Origin: Eledone cirrhosa
Taxonomy: Eukaryota
DNA length: 64,000 bases
Direction: 5' to 3'
Assembly: GCA_964016885.1 (NCBI GenBank)
Contig: OZ024747.1
Span: 93,868,001 to 93,932,000, forward strand
The notes under the pieces are model-generated. The model did not search any database. It was given only the letters and a program-made list of their open reading frames with translations, and was not told the DNA's origin. Of the stretch, positions 27,456-41,270 are shown one piece after another. The first letter of the stretch is position 1, and every line of letters begins with the position of its first letter. Made by a program: the position numbers and the translations under genes.

Positions 27456-27515
27456 TTTCATTCTGAGGATTGAAAGCAAAACCTTTTGCTTTTAAGAAAC
27501 CACTGGTAAATGGAA
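27456..27515 (+). ncRNA. Type I hammerhead in 3' pseudo-LTR
   Basis: Identical to 23147-23206. Confidence 0.85.
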
Positions 27516-27566
27516 TAATTGCCTTATGTTGTTTATTACATAATAATAATATATATATATATATAC

Positions 27567-28816
27567 GAAAAAGTGAGTCCTTCATCAGTGACCCTCCAAC
27601 CGTCCTGGGCATTTCATCGCTTTAAGGGCCATATGCCTCGGGTTGGTGCGAACAACGGCTAAAAAAAGTCGTTGGGACACGTAAATAAAGGGGGACGCCA
27701 GAGTAACAACAAACAAGTTTTAGCAACGGAAAGTGAGTAGAAATAGACAAGTTCCAGATCTCTATGAATATAAACTCTGTGAAATCGTGAACAAGAGACA
27801 AAAGACCATCAAACCTGGTTGAAATGTGAGCAAGGAAAGAATTTCGCCCAAGTTTGACGGGGGGGAAAAAGAGAGAGAGAAAAAGGAGAGAAGAGGAAGA
27901 GGAAGAAGAAGAAGAAGAAGAAGAAGAAGAAGAAGAAGAAGAAGAAGAAGAAGAAGATAAAGGGGTCTGTTCTACGAATTCAGTAAACGTAAGTTTTGTG
28001 AAGTCGCAGACGAAAGAGAGAGAGAAAAAAATTTCATACCAGCTTGGTCAAGACCGCGCGAGAAAAGAATTACACACAGGTCAAACTTGAAGGAGGAGGA
28101 GGAAAGAGGAGGAGGAGAGGTAGTGACAGAGAATGAGTGAGTGAAAGTTGAGGAGGAGGCTAACAGAGAGAGAGACTGCTAGAAAGGGTAAAGATACAAA
28201 CGAAACACGAATGGCAGCATGGAAAAAATATATGTGTAAATATGATAATAATGGAGCTGCGGCGTTGCAAATGGGATACATATGAAAAAGTGAGTCCTTC
28301 ATCAGTGACCCTCCAACCGTCCTGGGCATTTCATCGCTTTGAGGGCCATATGCCTCGGGTTGGTGCGAACAACGGCTAAAAAAAGTCGTTGGGACACGTA
28401 AATAAAGGGGGACGCCAGAGTAACAACAAAAAAGTTTTAGCAACGGAAAGTGAGTAGAAATAGACAAGTCCCAGATCTCTATGAATATAAACTCTGTGAA
28501 ATCGTGAACAAGAGACAAAAGACCATCAAACCTGGTTGAAATGTGAGCAAGGAAAGAATTTCGCCCAAGTTTGACGGGGGGGAAAAAAGAGAGAGAGAAA
28601 AAGGAGAGAAGAGGAAGAAGAAGAAGAAGAAAAAGAAGAAGAAGAAGAAGAAGAAGAAGAAGAAGAAGAAGAAGAAGAAGAAGAAGAAGAAGAAGAAGAA
28701 GAAGATAAAGGGGTCTGTTCTACGAATTCAGTAAACGTAAGTTTTGTCACTGATGAAGGACTCACTTTTTCATATGTATCCCATTTGCAACGCCGCAGCT
28801 CCATTATTATCATATT

Positions 28817-28822
<6 letters not shown>
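27567..28822 (-). mobile_element. Non-coding 717-bp tandem repeat (~1.6 units) with (GAA)n and a short terminal inversion; retrozyme/pseudo-LTR-like
   Basis: 27567-27998 repeats at 28284-28746; 28746-28822 is the reverse complement of ~28232-28309; (TA)n flanks. Confidence 0.7.
28287..28354 (-). ncRNA. Candidate non-circularly permuted hammerhead ribozyme (second copy 27570-27637)
   Basis: ggcaU A uggcccuc aaagcgau GAAAugcc caggacgguug gaggguca CUGAUGA aggacucacuuu; stems I and III in exact register. Confidence 0.5.
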
Positions 28823-28829
<7 letters not shown>

Positions 28830-28856
<27 letters not shown>

Positions 28857-28879
28857 CACATATATATAAAACATACACT

Positions 28880-28947
<68 letters not shown>

Positions 28948-29401
28948 CACACACATGTATACATATATATATATATATTCACATATATACATACATATAT
29001 ATACATTTGTGTACAAGCATACACATACACAAACATAGCCATACACACACACATATACATACATACATTCACACAATCATACATATATACATACGTACAT
29101 ACATACACATACATAAATGCACTCCTCTACATATTCACACACGCAAATAAATATTAAAAAAAAAAATATATATATTAAAAATTTTTGACACCGTTACATA
29201 AGGCAGCTAACTGGACAGACACGCGTGGTAAGTAATACACACAAATGCACGTATACATACGTACGAAATCGTAAACACATACACACACTCTCACACATAA
29301 ATATACATATACAAATACATAAACACATACATACACATACATGCACAAACACGCACACGTATACAATATATACACACACATATATGTATATGTAACTATA
29401 T

Positions 29402-29454
<53 letters not shown>

Positions 29455-29718
29455 CACATACATATGCATACACATACACACACACATACATGTGTGTATG
29501 TGTAAAACTCAGTCTTAGATAATTCATATGAACCTTACATATACGTATATATAGTAGTAAAGTAATAAAGCAACATAAGGCAATTATTCCATTCACCAGT
29601 GGTTTCTTAAAAGCAAAAAATTTTTCCTTCAATCTTCAGAATGAAAAAAACCTGGTTTATCCACATATACATACATATACACACACAAATATATACATAT
29701 ATATACACACATACACAT

Positions 29719-29751
<33 letters not shown>

Positions 29752-30983
29752 CATACATATATATATATATATATACACACAAATATACATACACATACAC
29801 ATAGGTATGTGAAGGGCATGGCAAAAAGAATATATGGGGGGGGGGGGAGACATAAGAAAAGGTAAAATATAAGGGGAGGTAAGGGAGAAAAAAAAAAAAA
29901 GTAAATATATAAGAGTACAGAACGTAGAATCAGCAAAATAAAAACCGTAGCAGAAGTAAAGAGCAGAAAAGGAGTTCAAGGCGGTTGATTTATCATAGGA
30001 GTGTCAATCCAGTTACAGATCAGATGCGATTTCAGATGAGGACAGCATCTGAAGATCTCAGTCTTTGAGTTAAGGCAAGCGGAAGTGGCTCTCAAGTTTA
30101 GCAAAATCCTATACTTTTCTGTGGTACACAAAGAACAATTCTTAGTGCCCCTTTGGTACTCCCTCGAATGGTCTAATATAGACCAATCAATAGAGTACGG
30201 GATGTTACTATCCTTGAGTTCCCACACCTTACTTGCGAGGGCCGTTGATGTTCGTTTATCGGAGTGCTTAAAAGAAGCGACATGTGAGTAAAATCTGGTT
30301 TTAAACCTGTCCTGGGTCATACCGACATATCGCTCACTCCTGGCTGGCTGGTTGTTGATTACTGGTGTTATCTTAGCCTCATAAACGACAGATTTGGTGT
30401 TATATTTACCCTGCAATGGGCATTCATCCGGCTTCCTGCAACTGCATCCTGGATTTATTCTCGTACGGTTTGAACTGGTGATTTTGAACTTCATAGATGG
30501 GCAACAAGAGTAGCTGATCTTAACTACGTTCCTATTAAATATCTTATAATATCTATGATTAGGAGGAAAATGTTTGTCTAATAGTTCAAGGAATTTCCTT
30601 CCTACATTAGTTTTGACAGTTAGAGAGAAGGGGTGTGTGAACCAAATAATCTTCCTTTTCCTGTTATTGTGGTTAGTTTTAGGGGGGGGGGGAGTAGGTA
30701 AATAAGAAATTTTTTCTGTAAAACCGCTGTTCTTAAGGGCTTTATTATAATAAGGGGCGGCTTTATTAAAAATGTCTATAGACGAAAATAAGGTAGAAAT
30801 CCTACGGCTAATGTTAGGAATAAGATTATTAAAAACTATAGGGGATGGCAAGACTCTTTGTGTATATACCTAAGATTTTCATTAGGTTTATGATAGGGTT
30901 TAAAAGAGGCAGTAAGTAGATCAAGATTAATATCAAGAAAGTTAGCATTAGAAAGGTTCGTATCTATAGTAATTTTAAGGTTA
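28830..30983 (-). mobile_element. Diverged 5'-truncated copy of the 23426 PLE family
   Basis: ORF 29976-30851 nearly identical in protein to the C-terminus; same 3' UTR. Confidence 0.9.
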
Positions 30984-30986
30984 TAT

Positions 30987-31035
<49 letters not shown>

Positions 31036-31057
31036 TAGATAGATGTGTGTATATATA

Positions 31058-31140
31058 CAGAGTGTCCCCTAAAAATGTATACACACTTCAACAGCATTCA
31101 AATATACATATATGTGTATACATTTTTGGGGGACACTCTG
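31058..31140. mobile_element. 83-bp Tc1/mariner-type MITE
   Basis: ~28-bp TIRs cagagtgtcccctaaaaatgtatacaca / tgtgtatacatttttgggggacactctg; TA flanks. Confidence 0.8.
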
Positions 31141-31410
31141 TATATAGACAGATATATGTAGGTGTGTGTGTATGTATATATATACATATATATAAATATA
31201 TATATATATCTTTCTCTTTCTCTCTATATATAACCAGAATGGTTGCATTTTTTAAGGGTATGTCAATATTTATTTATAAAACTAACCTATATTATATTTT
31301 ATCTGATGAAAGCGCACCATAGTTTGCTCTGGTGGCCCTTGAAATATGTATAATGAAATAAATATGGTTTTATAAATATAGTTTCCATTTGTTAATATAT
31401 TGTATAATAT

Positions 31411-31459
<49 letters not shown>

Positions 31460-31467
31460 ATATATAT

Positions 31468-31712
31468 ATCATCATCATCGTTTAACGTCCATGTTCCACG
31501 CTTGCATGGGTTTGGACGGTAATTTTCCCACTTGAGGCAAGATTGGTTGTCTTGCTCGTATAGGACTGTCTGGCGGGTTTTCTACGGCTGGATGCCTTCC
31601 CTAACACCAACCACATTTACAGTGTGGAACTGGGAGGTTTTTACCGTGTTACCTACACGCCCACATTACAGCGTGGACTGTGTGTTTTTTTGTCGTGACA
31701 CCTACACGACCT
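31468..31712 (-). mobile_element. Diverged SINE related to the CORE/RTE-tail family
   Basis: Minus strand gtggttggtgttagggaaggcatccagccgtagaaa..ggacgttaaacgatgatg. Confidence 0.7.
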
Positions 31713-32035
31713 CATTTGTTTCGGACTGGATGTTGTGGTAGCAACATAACTTTACATTGAAAGGAGTGGTGTGGATGGGGTGGGGGTAGTGGGACGGGGG
31801 TGTATTTTGTTAGAGGTGCCTACTGACTGTAGTAGGTTTCACTTTGTACTTAGGTAAGGCAGGTCTTCTGTATTACTGTGTAGCGCCAAAGGTCTCGGTC
31901 CAGTGACATTGTCTTGGAGAGGTGTGTGTGAGGTCTGAATTTATCAAGCCGTCCCAGGTTTTTCTGGGTCTGCCTACTCAGTGGCTACCGTCTATTTTTA
32001 TTGCCCTGCACTTTTTTATACAGCTGTCGTCTTTC

Positions 32036-32192
<157 letters not shown>

Positions 32193-32461
32193 TATATATA
32201 TATATATATACATATATACATACATATATATATACACACCTCACATATATACACACAATAGAATGCATCACACCACTTCAATTGTGCTATTCTTGAATAT
32301 ATATATTCACTAAAATAATAATAATAATAATAATTCATTATTATTAACTTTCACCCCACATAATATATTTTTTAAACAATCACTGTAAAATATGCAACAT
32401 CTTCACAATATTTGTTCTCTTCTTTCTCTCTCTCCCTCCCCCACTTTCTCTCTCTGTCTCC

Positions 32462-32513
<52 letters not shown>

Positions 32514-32539
32514 AGCATATAGAAATATGTATATATATA

Positions 32540-33282
32540 TATGATAATGATAATGAAAATTGTTGTGTACAGTGCTCAGGTGCACTACAACTCATCAAAG
32601 GTGCATGTATGGTACATAGAATAATGTACAAATGTCAGGAAAGTGAACAGTGTATGAGTCATGATATACATGTGTGTGTATATGGAGGGGGGATATCAGC
32701 TGTAGTGTTGGCGAATCTCGGGAAGCATGGAGGTTTTAAAGAATGCAGTGTCTCGACAGCTAAGAACTGACGCAGGTAGTTTGTTCCATGGAGGTTTTAA
32801 AGAATGCAGTGTCTCGACAGCTAAGAACTGACGCAGGTAGTTTGTTCCATGGAGGTTTTAAAGGATGCAGTGTCTCCACAGCTAACAACTGATGCAGGGA
32901 GTTTGTTCCATGGAGGTTTTAAAGAATGCAGTGTCTCGACAGCTAAGAACTGATGCAGGGAGTTTGTTCCATGGAGGTTTTAAAGAATGCAGTGTCTCAA
33001 CAGCTAACAACTGACGCAGGTAGTTTGTTCCATGGAGGTTTTAAAGGATGCAGTGTCTCGACAACTAACAACTGATGCAGGGAGTTTGTTCCATGGAGGT
33101 TTTAAAGGATGCAGTGTCTCAACAGCTAACAACTGATGCAGGGAGTTTCTTCCATGCTTCAGCAACTGTGAGTGTGAAGGAATGTTTCTGAAAGTCATGG
33201 GAGTTGTGCTGTTTTCTGACATTGTTGGCATGTCCATGTGGAATTCAAAAAGGTGCTCAGGGTTGTTGTTGGCAAGATGGTT
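32540..33282 (-). mobile_element. CR1 3' fragment with internal 61-bp minisatellite (~7 units)
   Basis: Homology to 46660-46995; period 61. Confidence 0.85.
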
Positions 33283-33902
33283 GTATATCTGTATGTATTA
33301 CATATTTATATCATCATCATCATAGTTTTTATGTCTGTTTTTCCAAGCTAGCACTAGCATGGGTTGGATGGGTCCTTCTCAGCACAGCTTCTCTCCTCTT
33401 GTCGTGGTCCTACATTATCTCCTCTGTGAGTCTCAGCTGATTTGAGGTCAGCTCTCATCACCTCTGCCCAGGTCTTTCTATGTCTACATCTACTGCAGCT
33501 TCCTTCCGCTGGGAAACATCACATGTCTATACCAGTGCAGTCTCCTCTCCTACACACTACATCTGATCCCTCTTATACCCAGGTTTTCCTCTACTGCAGC
33601 TTCCTGACACTTCTTCACCCAACAGTCACCATCCATACACATCACATGTCTATACCAGTGCAGTCTCCTCTCCTACACACTACATCTGATTCCTCTTATA
33701 CCCAGTTTCTCCCTCAACTCATCCGAGCTTTACCTATCTCTGGTGATGGTGGTGGTGATGATGGTGGTGGTGATGATGATGGTAATGGTGATGTTGGTGG
33801 TGGTGTGGATAAATATGATCTCACCATCCAATTAATGCCCCCCCCCCCTACACACTACCTCACATAGAATGGTTTCATTGTCTACAGAAATGGTTCCACT
33901 AG

Positions 33903-34855
<953 letters not shown>

Positions 34856-35110
34856 TATCATCTGCATATTCATCAAAATAATTTGAAATATTTGTTTTTT
34901 TCTTTCTTCCCTTTTTCTCTCTTTCCTTTCACTATCCAGGAGAAACTTGAACCGTTAAGGTATCATTCCTGGCTATGTCACTATTTATAAAATAAACTTT
35001 TATCGGATGAGAGCGTACCAAAGTTTTGGTACCCTTGAAATATATATAATAGAATAAATATGGTTTTATAAATATAGTTTCCATTTATTAATATCATTGA
35101 TATATATATG

Positions 35111-35204
<94 letters not shown>

Positions 35205-35304
35205 TTTGCAAGAGATGTCAACATGAAAGGACCTGTTATTTTTATCTAAAGACATTTTTTCCAATTCCATCCCACCCGTCCCCTTTATCTTATTTCTCAT
35301 TCTT

Positions 35305-35340
35305 TCTTCTGATGAAGGACTAGCGTCCGAAACGTTAAGA
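35305..35340 (+). ncRNA. Minimal type I hammerhead with palindromic stem III (ACGT)
   Basis: tctt CTGATGA a ggac-tagc-gtcc GAA ACGT T aaga; third copy 47323-47358 has G12>A. Confidence 0.8.
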
Positions 35341-35422
35341 CCCTCTTACTGCTATATCAATCGTTAACCTAATATATCCCTTCCATATACTGTACCGATT
35401 CTGTTGTTATTTCTGTTTACCT

Positions 35423-35503
<81 letters not shown>

Positions 35504-37053
35504 TGTATGTATATATACTATATGTATATTGGTGTGTTTTTCATTATGTATTTTCCCCTTCCTAAATGCTACTCTCTATCATGCACCCTATATTGAGTAC
35601 TACATTCTTGTCAACATCACAGCTGCCAGCTACAGTTGTAAGCTGCAAAGTAGAAATTTTAATCACGATTAGGTGTAGATTATATACATTATTTATTTAT
35701 ACACACCTCTCTAACTATATATACACACACACACACATATATATATACACACACACACACACACATATATATACATACTCACACACACACACATATATAT
35801 ATATATATACACACCACACATATATATATATATACACACACACAAATATATATATACACACTTATATATATATACACACACACACAAATATATATATACA
35901 CACACGCAATCAAATGCTGTGTGCTGGAAAGGCGGTTGCGTTGGTATGGACATGTGATGTGTATGAAGGATGACAGCTGCATAAAAAGGTGCAGAGCACT
36001 AGAAGTCAATGGAAACCGCGGAGTGGGGAGATCCAAGAAGACCTGGGATGAGGTGATAAAAGCCAACCTTACCCAATTACACCTCTCAAAGGCGATGACA
36101 CACGACCGTGACCTCTGGCGTCATGCAGTAATACAGAGTACCCGACCTCCCATGGGTACAAGCTGAAGCATATAGACAATATGCCCCCACACCCTCCCAC
36201 TGGAAAGTGGTTGTGGAGATGCCACGGCAAAAAAGCACCCAGCCCACACTGCAAAGTGGACGTGGAGGTGCCACGGCAAAAAATCACCCAGCACTCACTG
36301 TAAATGAGGTTGGTGTTAGGAAGGGCATCCAGCTGTAGAAATCAAGCCAGAATCAGTTCCCGTATCAGCAAGACAAGGTCAGCCAACCACACACTGCCCA
36401 CAACAGGACAACCCGTCTAACCCATGCTAGCGTGGAAGAACGGACGTAAAACGGTGATGATGATGACACACACATATATATATATACACACACACAGACA
36501 TTTATATATATATACACACATATATACACAGACACATATACACACAACCATATATACACACAGACACACACATACACAGCACACATATATATATACACAC
36601 ACACACATACTATTTACCTTGTGCAACAGACTCTTCATGAGGACTTGATCTGATTGGATTTGACCAGCTTTTAACATGACATGTGCATTCTTCAGCATCT
36701 GGTGGATGTGGTATTTCAGGATGACGGTATTGTGATCATGATCTAGGAACTGGTTTATGAAAGAACGGTAGACACAGGCATATATAGAGAAACAAATGGT
36801 TTTGTTATATACACAAGATGTGGAGGTGGGCGGTAATTAAATTTCGACCAGCTAATCCCATATTCCTGGTTTGTGTCCTTAAGCTGCCAGATTTTATTGG
36901 CCAGCGTTGTTTAGTTCTCTAGTCTACGGTTCTTCATATTGGCAACATGACCTCCCAAAGTATAACAATATCGGTTTCAACACACGTTTTCAGATAAAGA
37001 ATCTTGCTAAACAAATTCAGAAACGAAATATATTTATATATTTATATATACAT

Positions 37054-37385
37054 GGAGGCACATGGCTTAGTGGTTAGAGCATTGGCCTTGCAATCGAAAG
37101 GTTGCGAGTTCAATTCTCAGACCGGGTGATGTGTTGTTTCCTTGAGCAAGACACTTTATTTCACATTGCTCCAGTTTACTCAGCTGTAGAAATGAGATTA
37201 TAGGGACTGGGGTCCCTATCATTCCACTGTAAAGTGGTCATGGAGGTGCCACGGCAAAAAACACCCAGCACTCACTGTAAATGAGGCTGGTGTTAGGAAG
37301 GGCATCCAGCTGTAGAAATCAAGCCAGAATCAGTTCCCGTCCCACCCTTGCAAGCAGGGAAAAGCGGACGTAAAATGATGATGAT
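37054..37385 (+). mobile_element. CORE-type SINE
   Basis: Same as 16100; one internal unit. Confidence 0.9.
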
Positions 37386-37704
37386 AGTTCTGGTGATAAA
37401 CACAGTGAAGGAAGCAGAGTCTGGGTCAAGTCTGGCCATAGTTGGCCCCATTGCGCTTTGCTCCGGTGAGGATTGTTGAGTATTTTATAGCTGGAGGCCC
37501 TTCCTAACACCAACCACACAAAGCAAGGATATAAATAAAGGGAGACTTTACCTTGATGAGGGAAAGTATAGGGTCAGAGAAATCTGACATTTTGTGACCC
37601 CTAAAGAAGACATCAAGTAATACATGGTTCCATGGTTGAGAAAGGATCTGGCTTTCTAGAGAGAGAGGAAGAGAAAGTGTATGAGAGAGAGAGAGAGAAG
37701 AAGA

Positions 37705-38052
37705 AGCTTTACCTCACTCTATATTTACTATTGTATTTTCACAGTAAAGGCTTTACCTCACATAATATCTCACATAACATTTACATTACTCTATATATAC
37801 TATTGTATTTCCACAGTAAAGACTTGACCTTACATAATATCTCACATAACATTTACATTACTCTATATATACTATTGTATTGTCACAGTAAAGTCTTTAT
37901 CTTACATAATATCGAATCTATGAGATTTTGAAAGTATTTATTTTGAGAACAATACCATAACATCAGTTTGAGTGACCAGTTACAGCCAGCTTCAACAGAA
38001 AGAGTTAGAGAATTCTGGCCAGATTTGGCCGGTTTGAACATTAAAGGGTTAA
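37705..38052 (-). mobile_element. TTAA-CCCTTT-ended (piggyBac-like) non-autonomous element with 72-bp minisatellite
   Basis: End aaagggttaa; inverted homologue at 48820-49500. Confidence 0.55.
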
Positions 38053-38358
38053 TAGGCTGATAGAACAATCAAGTCTGCTACCTTTTTTGTAGAGTACAAC
38101 TATCAATGCTTTCTTGAACATGTCTGGGCTTTTTTCCTGTAGTGATAAAACAGTTAAAAAGATGTTGAAGTACTTTGATAATTGGTTCACCTCCAGCTTT
38201 GATGGATATATACTTACCTGTGAGAGGATCGTTGGTGTTGAGGTAGTCCAACATATGAAGGAGTCACTGTACTGAGTCTTGTTGTCCAATACAGAGATTC
38301 TGTGGAAGAGAGAGAGGAATCACCAACAAATTCTTGCTTGATATAAATATATATATAT

Positions 38359-38795
38359 GGAGGCACATGGCTTAGTGGTTAGAGCATTGGCCTTGTAATC
38401 GAAAGGTTGTGAGTTCAATTATCAGACCGGGTGATGTGTTGTTTCCTTGAGCAAGACACTTTATTTCACATTGCTCCAGTTTACTCAGCTGTAGAAATGA
38501 GATGATAGGACTGAGGTCCCTATCATACCACTGCAAAGTGGTCGTGGAGGTGCCACGGCAAAAAAGCACCCAGCCCTCACTGTAAAGTGGTCGTGGAGGT
38601 GCCACAGCAAAAAAGCACCCAGCCCTCACTGTAAAGTGGTCGTGGAGGTGCCACGGCAAAAAAGCACCCAGCACTCACTGTAAATGAGGTTGGTGTTAGG
38701 AAGCGCATCCAGCTGTAGAAATCAAGCCAGAATCAGTTCCCGTCCCACCCTTGCAAGCAGGGAAAAGCGGACGTAAAATGATGATGATGATGATA
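38359..38795 (+). mobile_element. CORE-type SINE with three internal units
   Basis: Same family. Confidence 0.9.
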
Positions 38796-38894
38796 TATAT
38801 ATATGTATGTATGTAGACCACCTGTGACCCGTTGGGTAACGTTCACCTCAAAATAATTTTATACAGACATGTATATAATGTGAAACTGGAAGGC

Positions 38895-38949
<55 letters not shown>

Positions 38950-38957
<8 letters not shown>

Positions 38958-39455
38958 AAATTGAGGTTGGTAATGGCACATGGAATATATAAGAGACAGA
39001 ATACTTTTTTGTGAAAAAACATAATTTTATAAGGTAAGGAAATAATAAAGGGTATAAAAAATGACCGGTTTCGATGGGTCTGCAAAAGCCATCTTTTCAA
39101 ATGTTGATTAATATTAAGAAAAATTAATAATACGAAGAGTTAAAATTTGAGACTTGAAAATTCAAGTATAAAATTCATTGTGGGATTTCATAGCAGTTTT
39201 CATCTAGGTAGCAACAACAGGTTGACTGCTGTGTCCCTTTCTGGTAGTGAATGAGAAGTTATTTGGGGTGTGGGTTATTTTATAAAGGTCAGATTTAGCA
39301 ATCGCCAGCTGCTGGTCAGTGAGGGGGTGGAAGCAATATACACACACATATATCTTCCTGTGATGGGTAGGAGAGTGGAGCGTGATAGAAAAGGATTTAG
39401 TGCACTTACACCCATATATACACACATACCTTCATCCACACATACATACATATAC

Positions 39456-39496
<41 letters not shown>

Positions 39497-39565
39497 CACA
39501 CATACATACACACACACATACATATACATACACACATACACACACACACACATATATATACACAT

Positions 39566-39618
<53 letters not shown>

Positions 39619-39657
39619 TATATATACATACACATACATCCAGATACACACATACAT

Positions 39658-39727
<70 letters not shown>

Positions 39728-41000
39728 CCCCACACACCCCCACACATACATACACACACACATATATATATACATACACACATACAAACATACACACACA
39801 CACACACACACATATATATACACACATACACACACATATATATACACACACACACACACACACGCATATATATATATATATACACATACGCATACATACA
39901 GATACCCACATACATACACACACACACACACACACACGCACACACAATACATACATCCACATGCACACACATACTCACACACACACACACACGCATACAT
40001 ACACCCACACACAGAGAAATGGCCTTCAAATATATATATATATATATATATACATACAGACACATATATTTTTTCCATAATATAAGAAGTTGGGGCAGTG
40101 AAATTAAAATACAAGTCATTCTGATCACATTGAGTTCTTCATGTAGATTGGGCCCCGCAACCGACAGTGGTGAATTCTGTGTGCGCACATATATATAGAT
40201 ATATGTGTGTGCACGTGCAGGGTTTAACATGGATGTGTTGGTCACACAAAGGCATGGTCTGTCAATGAATAAACCTGATTCTACAGAATTGGTCTCTGGT
40301 CTTTAATAGTAGTGATTCCGTGCGTATGTGTGTTTATATTTTATGACAATTCTATTGGGGTGATAACCCGTTTAGTTTTGGTTTAAATTTGTTAAGGAAT
40401 AGATTTTCTTTGTTTATTCTTTGTTGTTGTGTGAACGAATCTGAGCACTTGTAGAAGGGGAAGATTTTAAAGTTGTGTAGTGTCATTCCTGCGCAGTTCG
40501 CAATATGGCTGCTCAAGGGGATTTTTCTTGTGTTAGCGTCCCGGATTTGTTGGCGGTGGATGGTCATTCTTTTGCGTAATGAGGTGCCCGTCTGTCCTAT
40601 GTAGTTGTGTTTGCACCCACCGCAAGTTATTGCGTAAATCAAGTTCTCCGAGTTGCAGGTGAAATTGTTTTTTACTGTAAATGTTTGGCCATCTTTGAAT
40701 GTAAATGTTTGTCCTTCAGTGAGGTAGAGGCACGTTCCACAGTTTGTTCTACCACATTTGGTAACTGTAGGGTTGAGGATTGGTTTGGGTATATTTGGTC
40801 CAGTGTGTGTGTGTGTGTGTGTGTATGTATGTGGGTATCTGGATGTATGCGTATGTGTATATATATATATATATGCGTGTGTGTGTGTGTGTGTGTATAT
40901 ATATGTGTGTGTATGTGTGTATATATATGTGTGTGTGTGTGTGTGTGTATGTTTGTATGTGTGTATGTATATATATATGTGTGTGTGTATGTATGTGTGG

Positions 41001-41046
<46 letters not shown>

Positions 41047-41113
41047 ATATATATATATGTGTGTGTGTGTGTGTATGTATGTGTGTATCTGGATGTATGT
41101 GTATGTATATATA

Positions 41114-41162
<49 letters not shown>

Positions 41163-41231
41163 ATGTGTATATATATGTGTGTGTGTGTGTATGTGTGTAT
41201 GTATATGTATGTGTGTGTGTATGTATGTGTG

Positions 41232-41270
<39 letters not shown>

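Larger units (their letters stand above)
23018..27550 (+). mobile_element. Full-length Penelope-like element (Hydra-clade-like) with pseudo-LTRs
   Basis: Direct repeat 23018-23240/27326-27550; single intact ORF; microsatellite-rich 3' UTR; ends in (TA)n. Confidence 0.9.

Noticed and set aside
38264-38266. Selenocysteine or alternative code for in-frame TGAs
   Set aside because: No SECIS seen; TGA ends other ORFs normally (25558, 10057); point mutation is simpler
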